From an uncultured Verrucomicrobiae bacterium (GTDB taxonomy: Bacteria > Verrucomicrobiota > Verrucomicrobiia > Limisphaerales > Palsa-1400): DNA of 64,000 nucleotides. Position 1 is the first letter of the stretch; every line of letters starts with the position of its first letter. Of the stretch, positions 1 through 8,928 are shown in pieces. Location of the stretch: contig CAVPOM010000016.1 in NCBI GenBank assembly GCA_963707025.1, positions 32,001 to 96,000 on the forward strand, given 5' to 3'. The notes below the pieces were generated by a model. The model was given only the letters and a program-made list of their open reading frames with translations, searched no databases and was not told the DNA's origin. A program made the position numbers and the translations under genes.

Positions 1-975
1 CACAATCTGATGCGGCCCGGTGCAATCGCCCGCCGCGTAAATATGCGGCGCGCTGGACTGCATGGCCGCGTTGGTCAGGATCCGCCCCTCCTTCGTCCGG
101 ACGCCGATTCTTTCCAGCCCCAGCCCCGCCGTGTTCGGACTCCGCCCCGTGGCGGCCAGTATTTCCGCCGCCGCCACGGTGCGCTTGCGGTTGCCGCATG
201 CAAATTCGACCACCTTGCTCCGTCCCTTGCGGAACACCCGCGCCAGGCGGGTCGGCGCAAAGATCTCCACCCCTTCGCGCCGCAAAACCGTTTCCAGCGC
301 CGTCACGGCATCCGGGTCGAACTCGCGCAACACCTGTCCGCTCCGCTGGATCAACGTCACCTTCACGTCCATCCGGCAAAAAAATTGCGCCAGTTCCACC
401 GCCACCGGCCCGCCGCCCAAAACCACCAGCGACCGCGGCGGCGCCGGCAGCGCCAGCGCGGCATCGCTGGTCAAAAACCCCGCCTCCTCCAGGCCCGGAC
501 ACGGCGGCGGCGCCGGAACCGAACCGGTGCTGATGATAAAATGTCTTGCGGTCAGCCAGCGCGGTTTGCTTCCCGTCTCAATCAACTCCAGCGTGTGTCC
601 GTCCACAAAACGCGCCCGCGCCCGCAAAAAGTCAAAAAGCCCTTCGTTCAATTGCTGCCGGCGGAATCCGGCGAAATCTTCCACCATCGCCCTTTTCCGC
701 GCCATCACCTTGGCGAAGTCGAACCCCGCTTTGGGAATCCGCAGGCCCCAAGTTGCGCCCTGTCGCGCCAGGTGCAGCGCCTCCGCCGCGTAGAGCAGCG
801 CCTTGCTGGGCATGCAACCCCGCAGGATGCAAAGCCCGCCCACCTCCTGCCCCCCTTCCAGCACCACCGCACGCAACCCCGCCGCCGCCGCCGTCCGCGC
901 CGCCGCGTACCCCGCGCTCCCTCCCCCCAATACGGCCACATCGTAGTGGAAAGATTTGTGTCGTTGCATCATCAT
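1..975 (-). CDS. Dihydrolipoamide dehydrogenase-like pyridine nucleotide-disulfide oxidoreductase (runs off the window start)
   Basis: Not in the ORF track. Manual minus-strand translation MMMQRHKSFHYDVAVLGGGSAGYAAA...GGLCILRGCMPSKALL shows the GxGxxG FAD motif and the redox CxxxxC(M/I)PSK motif. Confidence 0.85.
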   Translation of the reverse strand, partial: MMMQRHKSFHYDVAVLGGGSAGYAAARTAAAAGLRAVVLEGGQEVGGLCILRGCMPSKALLYAAEALHLARQGATWGLRIPKAGFDFAKVMARKRAMVEDFAGFRRQQLNEGLFDFLRARARFVDGHTLELIETGSKPRWLTARHFIISTGSVPAPPPCPGLEEAGFLTSDAALALPAPPRSLVVLGGGPVAVELAQFFCRMDVKVTLIQRSGQVLREFDPDAVTALETVLRREGVEIFAPTRLARVFRKGRSKVVEFACGNRKRTVAAAEILAATGRSPNTAGLGLERIGVRTKEGRILTNAAMQSSAPHIYAAGDCTGPHQIV

Positions 976-1081
976 TGACCTTTCGATTTAAATTTTATGA
1001 ATAAGAAGGAGCCTGCGATACGAATCAATCCTAATCGTAATCCCAATCTTAAACCGGGCGCAGGATAAAATTTTTCGTGGC

Positions 1082-1120
1082 TCGCCCTCATCCTAACCTT
1101 CTCCCCCGGGAGAAGGAACA
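1082..1120. repeat. CCCTC-type palindromic intergenic repeat
   Basis: CCCTCATCCTAACCTTCTCCCCCGGGAGAAGG hairpin; related sequences near 27430-27460 and 42222-42256. Confidence 0.5.
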
Positions 1121-1235
1121 GACCTCGCCGCCTCGGGCTGGGCGCAGGCGCGTCCGGTCAATCCCAGCGCCGGCAATTCGCGACGACGGCAATTCCCCCC
1201 GTTGACATCCCGTCTCCCTTGCCTACCATGGCTTG

Positions 1236-1661
1236 ATGGAAAAACGAATTTGTCCCCGCAGCCCGCGCGAAACGATGGACGGTTGGATGTATCTGCCCCG
1301 TTACATTGACAAAATCCGCCTGCACCTCGCCGGCAAGCTGCACTCCGATTACACCGAAAATCTCGGCAAACGCTTCGATGGCCTGTGGCTCAAGACCGCC
1401 GGCCTCACCCACGAAAAAATGCTGGAAGTCGTGAAAAACTCCAGCACCGACGGCGAAGTCTGCGATTGGGTCCGGCAAAACGTGAAAAAAACTCCCGCCG
1501 AAAAAGCCGCCCATCACGACGACATGATGAGCCGTCCCAAAGCCGGTGATGCCGAAGGCCAGGCCCGGTTAAAAATGCGCAAAGAACAAGCCGGCGTGGC
1601 CCAGCGCGACGACATCCGCACCTACGTGGACGTCATTGACGCCGACGAGCACAGACTCTGA
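1236..1661 (+). CDS. DUF5069-family protein
   Basis: PRSPRE.M.G..YLPR.IDK.R N-terminus and D.ID.DE.R C-terminus typical of this family. Confidence 0.75.
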   Translation: MEKRICPRSPRETMDGWMYLPRYIDKIRLHLAGKLHSDYTENLGKRFDGLWLKTAGLTHEKMLEVVKNSSTDGEVCDWVRQNVKKTPAEKAAHHDDMMSRPKAGDAEGQARLKMRKEQAGVAQRDDIRTYVDVIDADEHRL

Positions 1662-1765
1662 CCCGCCTTGAAGGCCCCGGCCTGTGGTCACACCGGAAAA
1701 TGGCGCAGAGGAGTGCCCGCAAACCGCTCCTTGCTCATACGGGTGGCGAATGCTATGGTTAAGGC

Positions 1766-1987
1766 GTGACAACCACAGTCGAGGCCATTTACGAAAATGG
1801 GATGTTGAAACTTTCCGGCCCGTTGCCCTTGCGGGAGAAAGCCCAGGTCGTAGTCACCATCCACTCCAAGCCGCTTTCTGGAGAGGACAAGGAACGCCGG
1901 GCCTGGCTCAAAGCCTCCGAGGAAGCCCTCGCGCGCGCCTGGGACAATTCGGCCGACGATGTTTTCAATGAACTTCTCGATAAGTGA
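1766..1987 (+). CDS. Type II antitoxin, DUF104/AF2212-like
   Basis: VEAIYENGMLK...PL.L.E...V.V.I signature; acidic C-terminus; overlaps the downstream toxin gene. Confidence 0.75.
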   Translation: MTTTVEAIYENGMLKLSGPLPLREKAQVVVTIHSKPLSGEDKERRAWLKASEEALARAWDNSADDVFNELLDK

Positions 1988-2285
1988 AGTTGTCCTTGTC
2001 CCGATTCCCTTCATAAACCTCGCCAGCCAAAAAGTGCGACCGGCGGTGGTGGTGGGCCTCAGTTCTTATGCCGGTGATCTGTTCGTCGTTCCGATTTCCT
2101 CTCAAATGCAGAAAGTTGAATTGATCTTGCAGGATTGGAAAGCAGCCGGACTCAATGTCCCTTGCGGAATCAAGGCCCAGTTGGCCACGATCGAAAGCAA
2201 ACTCATTGTCAAAACCATTGGCAAACTTTCGGCGCGGGATCAGGCGTCCTGCCAGTCCCGGTTGCGTGCATGGCTGCAATTATAG
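1968..2285 (+). CDS. MazF/PemK-family toxin
   Basis: EVVLVPIPF...KVRPAVVV motif, VPISS, AAGL, IGKL. Confidence 0.85.
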   Translation: MNFSISEVVLVPIPFINLASQKVRPAVVVGLSSYAGDLFVVPISSQMQKVELILQDWKAAGLNVPCGIKAQLATIESKLIVKTIGKLSARDQASCQSRLRAWLQL

Positions 2286-2351
2286 GCGCAGAATGAAGCA
2301 GCAGGGGCGAAAACTGGCATTTTGCCACCGGGCAGGCTAAAATCTGGCTTG

Positions 2352-5012
2352 ATGGCAGGCAGCACCAACAGCACAGCAGCGAATTCCGGGACGGCCGCGG
2401 AACCAATCGGCAATGCCAAATCCGCAATCCGCAATCCGCAATCCGCCCTGTCTGCCCTAGCTCCGCCCTGCGGAGCGAAAGCGGAAATCCGCAATTCCCC
2501 CGAGCTGCTCGCCCCCGCCGGCGACTGGGAATGCGTCAAGGCCGCCGTGGAAAATGGGGCCGACGCCATTTACTTCGGCCTGGACCGCTTCAACGCCCGC
2601 ATGCGCGCGCAAAATTTCACGGAGGCCGACCTGCCCCGATTGATGGAGTTCCTCCACCGCCGCGGCGTGAAGGGCTATGTCACCTTCAACACCCTGGTCT
2701 TTGAAAATGAAATGGCGGACGCCGAACAGTTTCTGCGCGCCTTGATCGCGGCGGGCGTGGATGCCGCCATCGTGCAGGACGTGGGAATATGCCGTTTGAT
2801 CAGAATGCTCTCGCCCGATTTTCCCATGCACGCCTCCACGCAAATGACCGTTACCAGCGCGGCGGGCCTGGATTTTGCCCGGCAACTCGGGTGCAGCCTG
2901 GTCGTGCTGGCGCGCGAATGTTCCGTCAAGGAAATCGAAATGATGCAAAGCGCCCAGGCGGCCCCGCTCCCGCTGGAGGTTTTTGTGCATGGCGCCTTGT
3001 GCGTCGCTTATTCCGGCCAATGCTTGACCAGCGAGGCCCTGGGCGGGCGCTCCGCCAATCGGGGCGAATGCGCCCAGGCCTGCCGCATGCCCTACGATTT
3101 GATGTGCGACGGCCAGCCCGTTCCCCTCGGCGACCGCCGCTATTTGTTAAGCCCCCAGGACCTGGCCGGATTGGAAGTGCTGCCGGATTTGATCCGCGCC
3201 GGCGTGGCCTCGCTGAAAATCGAGGGCCGTCTCAAATCCCCCGAATATGTGGCCAACATCACGCGGGTTTACCGGCAGGCCCTGGACAAACTTCGCGCCC
3301 AACCGGCCGACGCCCCGCGTCTCGACGGCCAGTCGCGCTACGAATTGGAAATGGCTTTTTCGCGCGGACTGCACACCGGCTGGTTCGGCGGCGTCAACCA
3401 TCAACGGCTGGTCCACGCCCGTTTTGGCAAAAAACGCGGCGTCTGCCTCGGCATGGTGCGGCGCGTGGAAGGGGAAAAAGTTTTCGCCCGTCTGGAAGCG
3501 CCCCTCCAGGCCGGCGACGGCATTGTCTTTGACGCCGGCCGGCCCGACGAAAAGGAAGAGGGCGGCCGCGTCTATCGCGTGGAGCCGGCGCGGGGTTCGG
3601 ACCGATCCTTGTCCATCCTGGCTTTCGGACGGGACCATCTTGATTTCAACCGGATACATATTGGCGACAGGATTTGGAAAACGAGCGATCCGGAACTGGA
3701 CCGCCGCCTGCGCCGAAGTTTTGCGGGCCAGGCGCCCCATTTCCGCCGTCCCCTCTGGCTGGAAGTTCACGGGCGCGCCGCCGGCCCGATGACTTTGATC
3801 GGCCGCGACGAACTGGGTGATGTGGCCCAGGTGGCATCCCGCCTGCCGCTGGCCGTGGCGGGCAGGCAACCGCTCACCACCGAGAAGCTGCGCCAACAAC
3901 TGGGCCGCCTGGGCGGAACGGTTTTGCAATTGGGCGATCTGCGCAATTTCCTCCAAGGCGAAGTCATCCTGCCCGCCAGCGAGTTGAACCGGATGCGCCG
4001 CGAACTTGTTGGCGCCATCGAGGCAATGCGGGCGCAGCCAAAGCGGTGGCAGATTTCCTCCTTCGCCAAGCCTGCGGAGAACAGGGCGGATTGTTCACCC
4101 TCCGCAGGCTCGGCGAAGGAGGGCGGATTGAAGACCGGCGCCACCAACCTTGGCCCTGACGAGGCGGAGCTAATCGTATTGGTCCGCACCATGGCCCAGT
4201 TGGAAGCCGCGCTCCAGTGCGATTTGCGCACGATCTATTGCGAGTTCGAGGACCCAAAGAAATACCGCGAAGCCGTAAACCTTTTCCGTCAATCCGCAAT
4301 CCGCAATCCGCAATCTGCAATTCTGGTCGCTCCTCCCAGGATTTTCAAACCCGGCGAAGACTGGATTCTCAAACAAGTCCGCTCCTGCGGGGCCGACGGC
4401 TGGTTGATTCGCAATTACGATCATTTGCAATACTTCGCCGAGGGCCGCCGGGTGGGGGATTTCTCCCTGAACGTGGCCAACCGCCTGGCGGCGGACTATT
4501 TCAAAAATCAGTTCGGACTGGAACGCCTCACCGCCTCCTACGATTTGAACATGGTGCAACTGGAGGCGCTCCTGCAATCCGCCCCGCCCGCGTGGTTCGA
4601 GATCACCATTCACCAGCACATGCCCATGTTCCACATGGAGCACTGCCTTTTCTGCGCCTTTCTCACCACCGGCACCGACTACACCAACTGCGGCCGCCCC
4701 TGCGATAAACACGCCGTGCAACTGCGCGACCGGGTGGGCTTGCAACACCCGCTCAAAGCCGACGCCGGCTGCCGCAACACCGTTTTCAACGGCCGGGCGC
4801 AGACGGGGGCGGAATACGCCGCCCGGCTCATGGCCTTGGGGGCGCGCCATTTTCGCATTGAGTTTGTCAACGAGAGCGCGGATGAAGTGAGGCGCATCAT
4901 CGCCAAATATCGCAGCCTGCTGCGGGGGGAGATGAGCGGCGCCCAACTGTGGCGCGAGCTGAAATTGCACCACCAACTCGGCGTCACCCGCGGCCCGATG
5001 GAAAAGAGTTGA
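2352..5012 (+). CDS. Peptidase U32 family protein with DUF3656 region (RlhA-like RNA hydroxylase)
   Basis: PELLAPAG, GADAIYFG, HASTQM, HGALCVAYSGQC, SANRGECAQACR and SLKIEGR motifs; second degenerate U32 domain at the C-terminus. Start codon uncertain. Confidence 0.85.
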   Translation: MAGSTNSTAANSGTAAEPIGNAKSAIRNPQSALSALAPPCGAKAEIRNSPELLAPAGDWECVKAAVENGADAIYFGLDRFNARMRAQNFTEADLPRLMEFLHRRGVKGYVTFNTLVFENEMADAEQFLRALIAAGVDAAIVQDVGICRLIRMLSPDFPMHASTQMTVTSAAGLDFARQLGCSLVVLARECSVKEIEMMQSAQAAPLPLEVFVHGALCVAYSGQCLTSEALGGRSANRGECAQACRMPYDLMCDGQPVPLGDRRYLLSPQDLAGLEVLPDLIRAGVASLKIEGRLKSPEYVANITRVYRQALDKLRAQPADAPRLDGQSRYELEMAFSRGLHTGWFGGVNHQRLVHARFGKKRGVCLGMVRRVEGEKVFARLEAPLQAGDGIVFDAGRPDEKEEGGRVYRVEPARGSDRSLSILAFGRDHLDFNRIHIGDRIWKTSDPELDRRLRRSFAGQAPHFRRPLWLEVHGRAAGPMTLIGRDELGDVAQVASRLPLAVAGRQPLTTEKLRQQLGRLGGTVLQLGDLRNFLQGEVILPASELNRMRRELVGAIEAMRAQPKRWQISSFAKPAENRADCSPSAGSAKEGGLKTGATNLGPDEAELIVLVRTMAQLEAALQCDLRTIYCEFEDPKKYREAVNLFRQSAIRNPQSAILVAPPRIFKPGEDWILKQVRSCGADGWLIRNYDHLQYFAEGRRVGDFSLNVANRLAADYFKNQFGLERLTASYDLNMVQLEALLQSAPPAWFEITIHQHMPMFHMEHCLFCAFLTTGTDYTNCGRPCDKHAVQLRDRVGLQHPLKADAGCRNTVFNGRAQTGAEYAARLMALGARHFRIEFVNESADEVRRIIAKYRSLLRGEMSGAQLWRELKLHHQLGVTRGPMEKS

Positions 5013-5205
5013 CGACCCGTTTTTCCAATTCGTCAATGGTGATGCACTCGCCGGGGTTTGCGAGGGTGGCGCGCGCGGCTTTCAGGTCGGCCTCTGTTTC
5101 GAGGGCCTCCTATTCAGCCAAATCATCAACCAATGAAACGACCTTATTCGCCCGATCTTGTGACAGGTTTTCTAACTTGGCGACGGCTTCTGTAATAGTG
5201 CTCGT
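5013..5205 (-). pseudogene. Degraded small antitoxin-like gene
   Basis: Reads (ACG)STITEAVAKLENLSQDRANKVVSLVDDLAE*EALETEADLKAARATLANPGECITIDELEK; start codon lost and in-frame TAG at 5110-5112. Confidence 0.5.
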
Positions 5206-5299
5206 AACTTATGCTGGAAACAATTTGCCAGCAGTGCTGGTTTCTTCAAGAAGAGTTTTCTCGCGCAAACATTCTGGAGCTTGTTAGACTGCGCCACTG

Positions 5300-6598
5300 A
5301 TGTTGCTGCAAAATAATTTGGAATTTGCATTTGTGGCGCGGCCCAAGGAGGTTCCGGGACACGCTCCCGGACTCAAGGCCCCATTCGCCGAACAACTCCT
5401 GGCCTTTGATGAGTTCGGCAAAAAAACCGTTCTGGCCGAAACCACCGCCGCCACCGCCGGCGGCAAACTCTTGTCCGTCCCCACTTATATCAATGAGTTT
5501 TGGACGGCCAAACAGCGGGCCGCCAGCCGGCTGCACGAAATTTCCTATCGCGCCTGCTTCAAGCCGCAACTCCCGCGCTTCTTCATCGAGCGCCTGACCG
5601 GGCCGGGCGACCTGGTCCACGATCCGTTCATGGGGCGCGGCACCACCCTCCTCGAGGCCGCCCTCCTGGGACGCGTGCCCTGCGGCTGCGACGTTAATCC
5701 GCTCAGTCTGGTCCTGGTGCGCCCGCGCCTGCGCCCGCCCACCCTGGAACAAATCCACGCCCGCCTGGCGCAGATTGATTTCAAAGACCACGAGGAGGCC
5801 CCGGAAGATCTCCTGGTTTTTTTCCACCCGGAAACTCTGCGGGAAATCGCCGCTCTGAAAAAATATTTGCTGGGCCGCGGAACACTCGACCCGGTTGATG
5901 AATGGATTGCCCTGGTCGCTCTCAACCGGCTGACGGGCCATTCCAATGGATTTTTTTCCGTCTATACCTTGCCGCCCAACCAGGCGGTTTCGGTCAAGTC
6001 ACAGCGGAAAATCAACGCCGACCGCCGCCAGACACCGCCGCGCCGCCATGTGCCGGATTTGATTCTAAAAAAAAGCCGGAATCTCCTCAAAGACTGCGAC
6101 ACCACCACCCGCGCCCGTCTGCGCGCCGTGGCGGAAAAGTGTATGCTGCTCAACCAACCCGCCCATGCCACCGCCGAAATCCCCGCCGGTTCGGTTTCGC
6201 TGGTGGTGACCTCGCCGCCCTTTTTGGACGTGGTTGATTATGCGGGGGACAATTGGCTGCGTTGCTGGTTTCTCGGCATTGACACCAAAGGAGTCAAACT
6301 GACAGTGCCAAAAAAGTTGGACGAGTGGCAGGCGGAAATGACGGCGGTTTTCCGGGAACTGCGGCGGGTCTTGCGCCCTGGTGGTCACGTCGCTTTTGAA
6401 GTCGGCGAAGTCCGCCGGGGCGAAATCAAATTGGAGCAAACGGTGCTGGGCTGCGGGCTGGCGGCCGGACTGCGCCCGGAGCTGATCTTGATCAACGATC
6501 AAGAATTCACCAAAACCGCCAACTGCTGGGGCGTGGACAACAACGCCAAAGGGACCAACACCAACCGCATCGTCCTCTTCCGCAAAGAACCCCCCTGA
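5300..6598 (+). CDS. Orphan amino (N4-C/N6-A) DNA methyltransferase
   Basis: SAM motif DPFMGRGTT, catalytic VTSPPF, RVLRPGG; no adjacent restriction endonuclease. Confidence 0.8.
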   Translation: MLLQNNLEFAFVARPKEVPGHAPGLKAPFAEQLLAFDEFGKKTVLAETTAATAGGKLLSVPTYINEFWTAKQRAASRLHEISYRACFKPQLPRFFIERLTGPGDLVHDPFMGRGTTLLEAALLGRVPCGCDVNPLSLVLVRPRLRPPTLEQIHARLAQIDFKDHEEAPEDLLVFFHPETLREIAALKKYLLGRGTLDPVDEWIALVALNRLTGHSNGFFSVYTLPPNQAVSVKSQRKINADRRQTPPRRHVPDLILKKSRNLLKDCDTTTRARLRAVAEKCMLLNQPAHATAEIPAGSVSLVVTSPPFLDVVDYAGDNWLRCWFLGIDTKGVKLTVPKKLDEWQAEMTAVFRELRRVLRPGGHVAFEVGEVRRGEIKLEQTVLGCGLAAGLRPELILINDQEFTKTANCWGVDNNAKGTNTNRIVLFRKEPP

Positions 6599-6616
6599 GC
6601 GCCGGCCGCGCCCTCT

Positions 6617-6985
6617 CTACCGTTTGAAACTTTTCCAGTCGCGCAACTTTCCGTCCGGCGCGAAGACCAGGCGCAGCCACTTGCCCGCATCGGGCCCCCC
6701 GGGATAAACCGCCACGACTTCCAGCGCCACCCACCCCGGCGTGGCCATGTATTCCCCTTCGCCCTGCCCCACCGTCGCCGGTGAATAGGATCGCACCAGC
6801 CATTCCGCCACCACGGTGCCGTCGCCCTGTTTGGCGCTCTTGTCCGGCGCGCCCAACTCCTGCGCCGCCTGGGCGTAGGTGTAGTTTCCGACGCGGCCAT
6901 TCCAGTCAATTCTCGGCCCCGAGGCGCACCCGGCGAGCAGGCACGCCATCAGCGCCGGCCACAAAGCAAAACGAATCAAGCGCAT
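6617..6985 (-). CDS. Small lipoprotein
   Basis: MRLIRFALWPALMACLLAG-C lipobox; ELGAPDKSAK..DG..VAEW and LVF..DG.L..W. Confidence 0.65.
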   Translation of the reverse strand: MRLIRFALWPALMACLLAGCASGPRIDWNGRVGNYTYAQAAQELGAPDKSAKQGDGTVVAEWLVRSYSPATVGQGEGEYMATPGWVALEVVAVYPGGPDAGKWLRLVFAPDGKLRDWKSFKR

Positions 6986-7113
6986 AACATTATGCTCCTC
7001 TGCAATCAACATAACCCAAACTTCAGCGCAGGCAAGGGAGGCAGTCAAGACCTCCTTCTCGCGTGGCAGGGCGCGCATTCCTTTGCGCGCCGTGGCGGAC
7101 AGCGCAGTACCCT

Positions 7114-7350
7114 CTACCGTTTGTAGCATTTCCAAGAGCGCAATTCTCCATCCGGCCCGAAGACCAGGCGGACATACCGGCCCGATTCCTGCCCCCCTGG
7201 ATATTCGATGACAATTCCAGGCTCCTCCCGATACGGTGGGAGCGTCTCACCATCCCAATCAAATCGAACTGCCGCCTTTGGAGAGGTGCTCACCAGCCAT
7301 TCCGCCACCAAACTGCCGTCGCCTAGTTTGGCGCTCTTGAAAGGGACACC
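7114..7350 (-). pseudogene. 5'-truncated paralog of the adjacent lipoprotein
   Basis: GVPFKSAKLGDGSLVAEWLV...YPGG...RLVFGPDGELRSWKCYKR aligns with 6617-6985; preceded by an in-frame TAG (7351-7353), no signal peptide. Confidence 0.65.
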
Positions 7351-7613
7351 CTAAAGTATTCCGGGCTTTTCCGAGCCTCACCTCGCCTCCAGCCGCACAC
7401 CCCGTCGAGTCTGGATCTTCCCGGCTGCGGTGGGAGGGCGCGCGGCGCTGTTCTGGAGGGCGGTTTCTGTCTCCTCACGATTGAGATTGCGCTGAAAAGC
7501 GGCGGAAATGCACCTGGGGCGCGCCGGGGCGGAACAGGCCAAACCCAGCCGTTGACAAACCCGCCGCTTGCGCTACCGTTGTCGGCTCTTGGGTAGAAAC
7601 CGAGTTAACAAAT

Positions 7614-7883
7614 ATGCCGAATACAAAATCAGCCGGACGCCGCATGCGCAACAGCGCGCGCAAGCAACTGCATAATCGCAGCATCAAAAGCCGCTTGCAC
7701 AATTTGGAGAGGACTTTTGCCGAACTGCTCGGCGCCGGGAAAAAGGACGAAGCCGGCGCCGCCTTGCGCCTGCTCAGTTCCGCCTTTGATAAGGCCGTCA
7801 AGACCGGCGTGGTCAACCGCCCCATGGCCAACCGCAAGAAGTCCCGCCTCAGCCTGCGCCTCAACGCCGCCAAGCCCGCCTGA
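7614..7883 (+). CDS. rpsT: 30S ribosomal protein S20
   Basis: MPNTKSA.RR.R...NRS.KSR...DKAVK.GV...N.A.RKKSRL. Confidence 0.95.
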   Translation: MPNTKSAGRRMRNSARKQLHNRSIKSRLHNLERTFAELLGAGKKDEAGAALRLLSSAFDKAVKTGVVNRPMANRKKSRLSLRLNAAKPA

Positions 7884-7885
7884 GC

Positions 7886-8818
7886 TCACTTGCCATTTCC
7901 CGGCCTGCTGCCGGGAAAGCTCGCGGGCGCGGGCGTCACGGGCGGCTCCGCCTTCTGCGGCGGCGGCAGATCGTTCGCCGAGACAACCCGCGCGCCCCCG
8001 GCCACCCTCACTCCGCCCTCCGCATCCGCGCGCAAGGCCGGCCGCTCGTTGGTGTATTGATAAGTTTGCCGTTCCAGAATCTGGCCCAGCGTGTCAATGA
8101 CGCAGTAGGTAAACGCCTTGGCGTCGGTCTGATGCAGAACATGCAAATTATTAAACCGGTCCAGCTTCACATCCGGCTCGCTGAAGGAGAAATAGGGGCC
8201 GAGGGAAACCAGCCGCAGAGTCCGGCCGCCCGAAACGTCGGTCAAGCGGACATAAAGACTCATGCCGCTCATGGTTTCCTTTTTCTCCAAATAATACCTG
8301 CGCGCCTCCGGCGGCTGGTTGCTCTGGCTTGGCAACAACTGGACGCCCACGGGCACGTCCGTGCCCGGAAGGTTCATCAGCCGGACGCCGCTAATGACCG
8401 TGAAAGTGGCCGGCTGCGCCGCAATCTCCTGCCCCCATTGCGCAATCTTGATCGCCGCTTTGACAGTATAGTGACCCGGCTGGCGGAAATCGAAATAAGG
8501 GGTTAAATTGAATTCCCGCGAGGCGGACAGCCCGGCCGGGACGTTGGTTTCGCCCTCAATATAGACGTGGTTGGTGCCGATGGGCGGCACCAGCGAGTTC
8601 TTCTCCCCCAGCACGGTAAAGGTGAGCCAATCGCTCCCCGTCCCCAGCTTGAGATCCTGCCCGGAACGATTTTGGATGGTCATTTTCACGAGCATCTTCT
8701 CGTCCGCCAGCACTTGATTGTCCGGGACGCTCAATTCCGCCGACACCGCAATAACCTGGGACCGGGCCAGCGGAAGAAAGCCAAGGAGAAGCGCCCACAA
8801 AAAAACGATCCTTTTCAT
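7886..8818 (-). CDS. Secreted hypothetical protein
   Basis: Signal peptide MKRIVFLWALLLGFLPLARSQ, beta-rich body, Pro-rich tail. Confidence 0.65.
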   Translation of the reverse strand: MKRIVFLWALLLGFLPLARSQVIAVSAELSVPDNQVLADEKMLVKMTIQNRSGQDLKLGTGSDWLTFTVLGEKNSLVPPIGTNHVYIEGETNVPAGLSASREFNLTPYFDFRQPGHYTVKAAIKIAQWGQEIAAQPATFTVISGVRLMNLPGTDVPVGVQLLPSQSNQPPEARRYYLEKKETMSGMSLYVRLTDVSGGRTLRLVSLGPYFSFSEPDVKLDRFNNLHVLHQTDAKAFTYCVIDTLGQILERQTYQYTNERPALRADAEGGVRVAGGARVVSANDLPPPQKAEPPVTPAPASFPGSRPGNGK

Positions 8819-8928
8819 AAAATCCACCTTAACCCGCCGCGCCTTGGCCGGCAAGCTCCAAAAACCGCCCGCCCACTTGCCTTTTTTGGGCATCCCTCCT
8901 CCTGCAAAGCTCAATCCCATCCCGCCTT

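Noticed and set aside
10..978. Long plus-strand ORFs here, and others such as 18189-20063, 23286-24959, 31304-32674 and 60474-61979
   Set aside because: Antisense shadows of clear genes in GC-rich DNA.
5110..7353. Two in-frame TAG codons at probable Leu positions, suggesting amber recoding
   Set aside because: TAG is a normal stop for mazF, fabI, lepB, rnd and araA, and both ORFs show other signs of decay.
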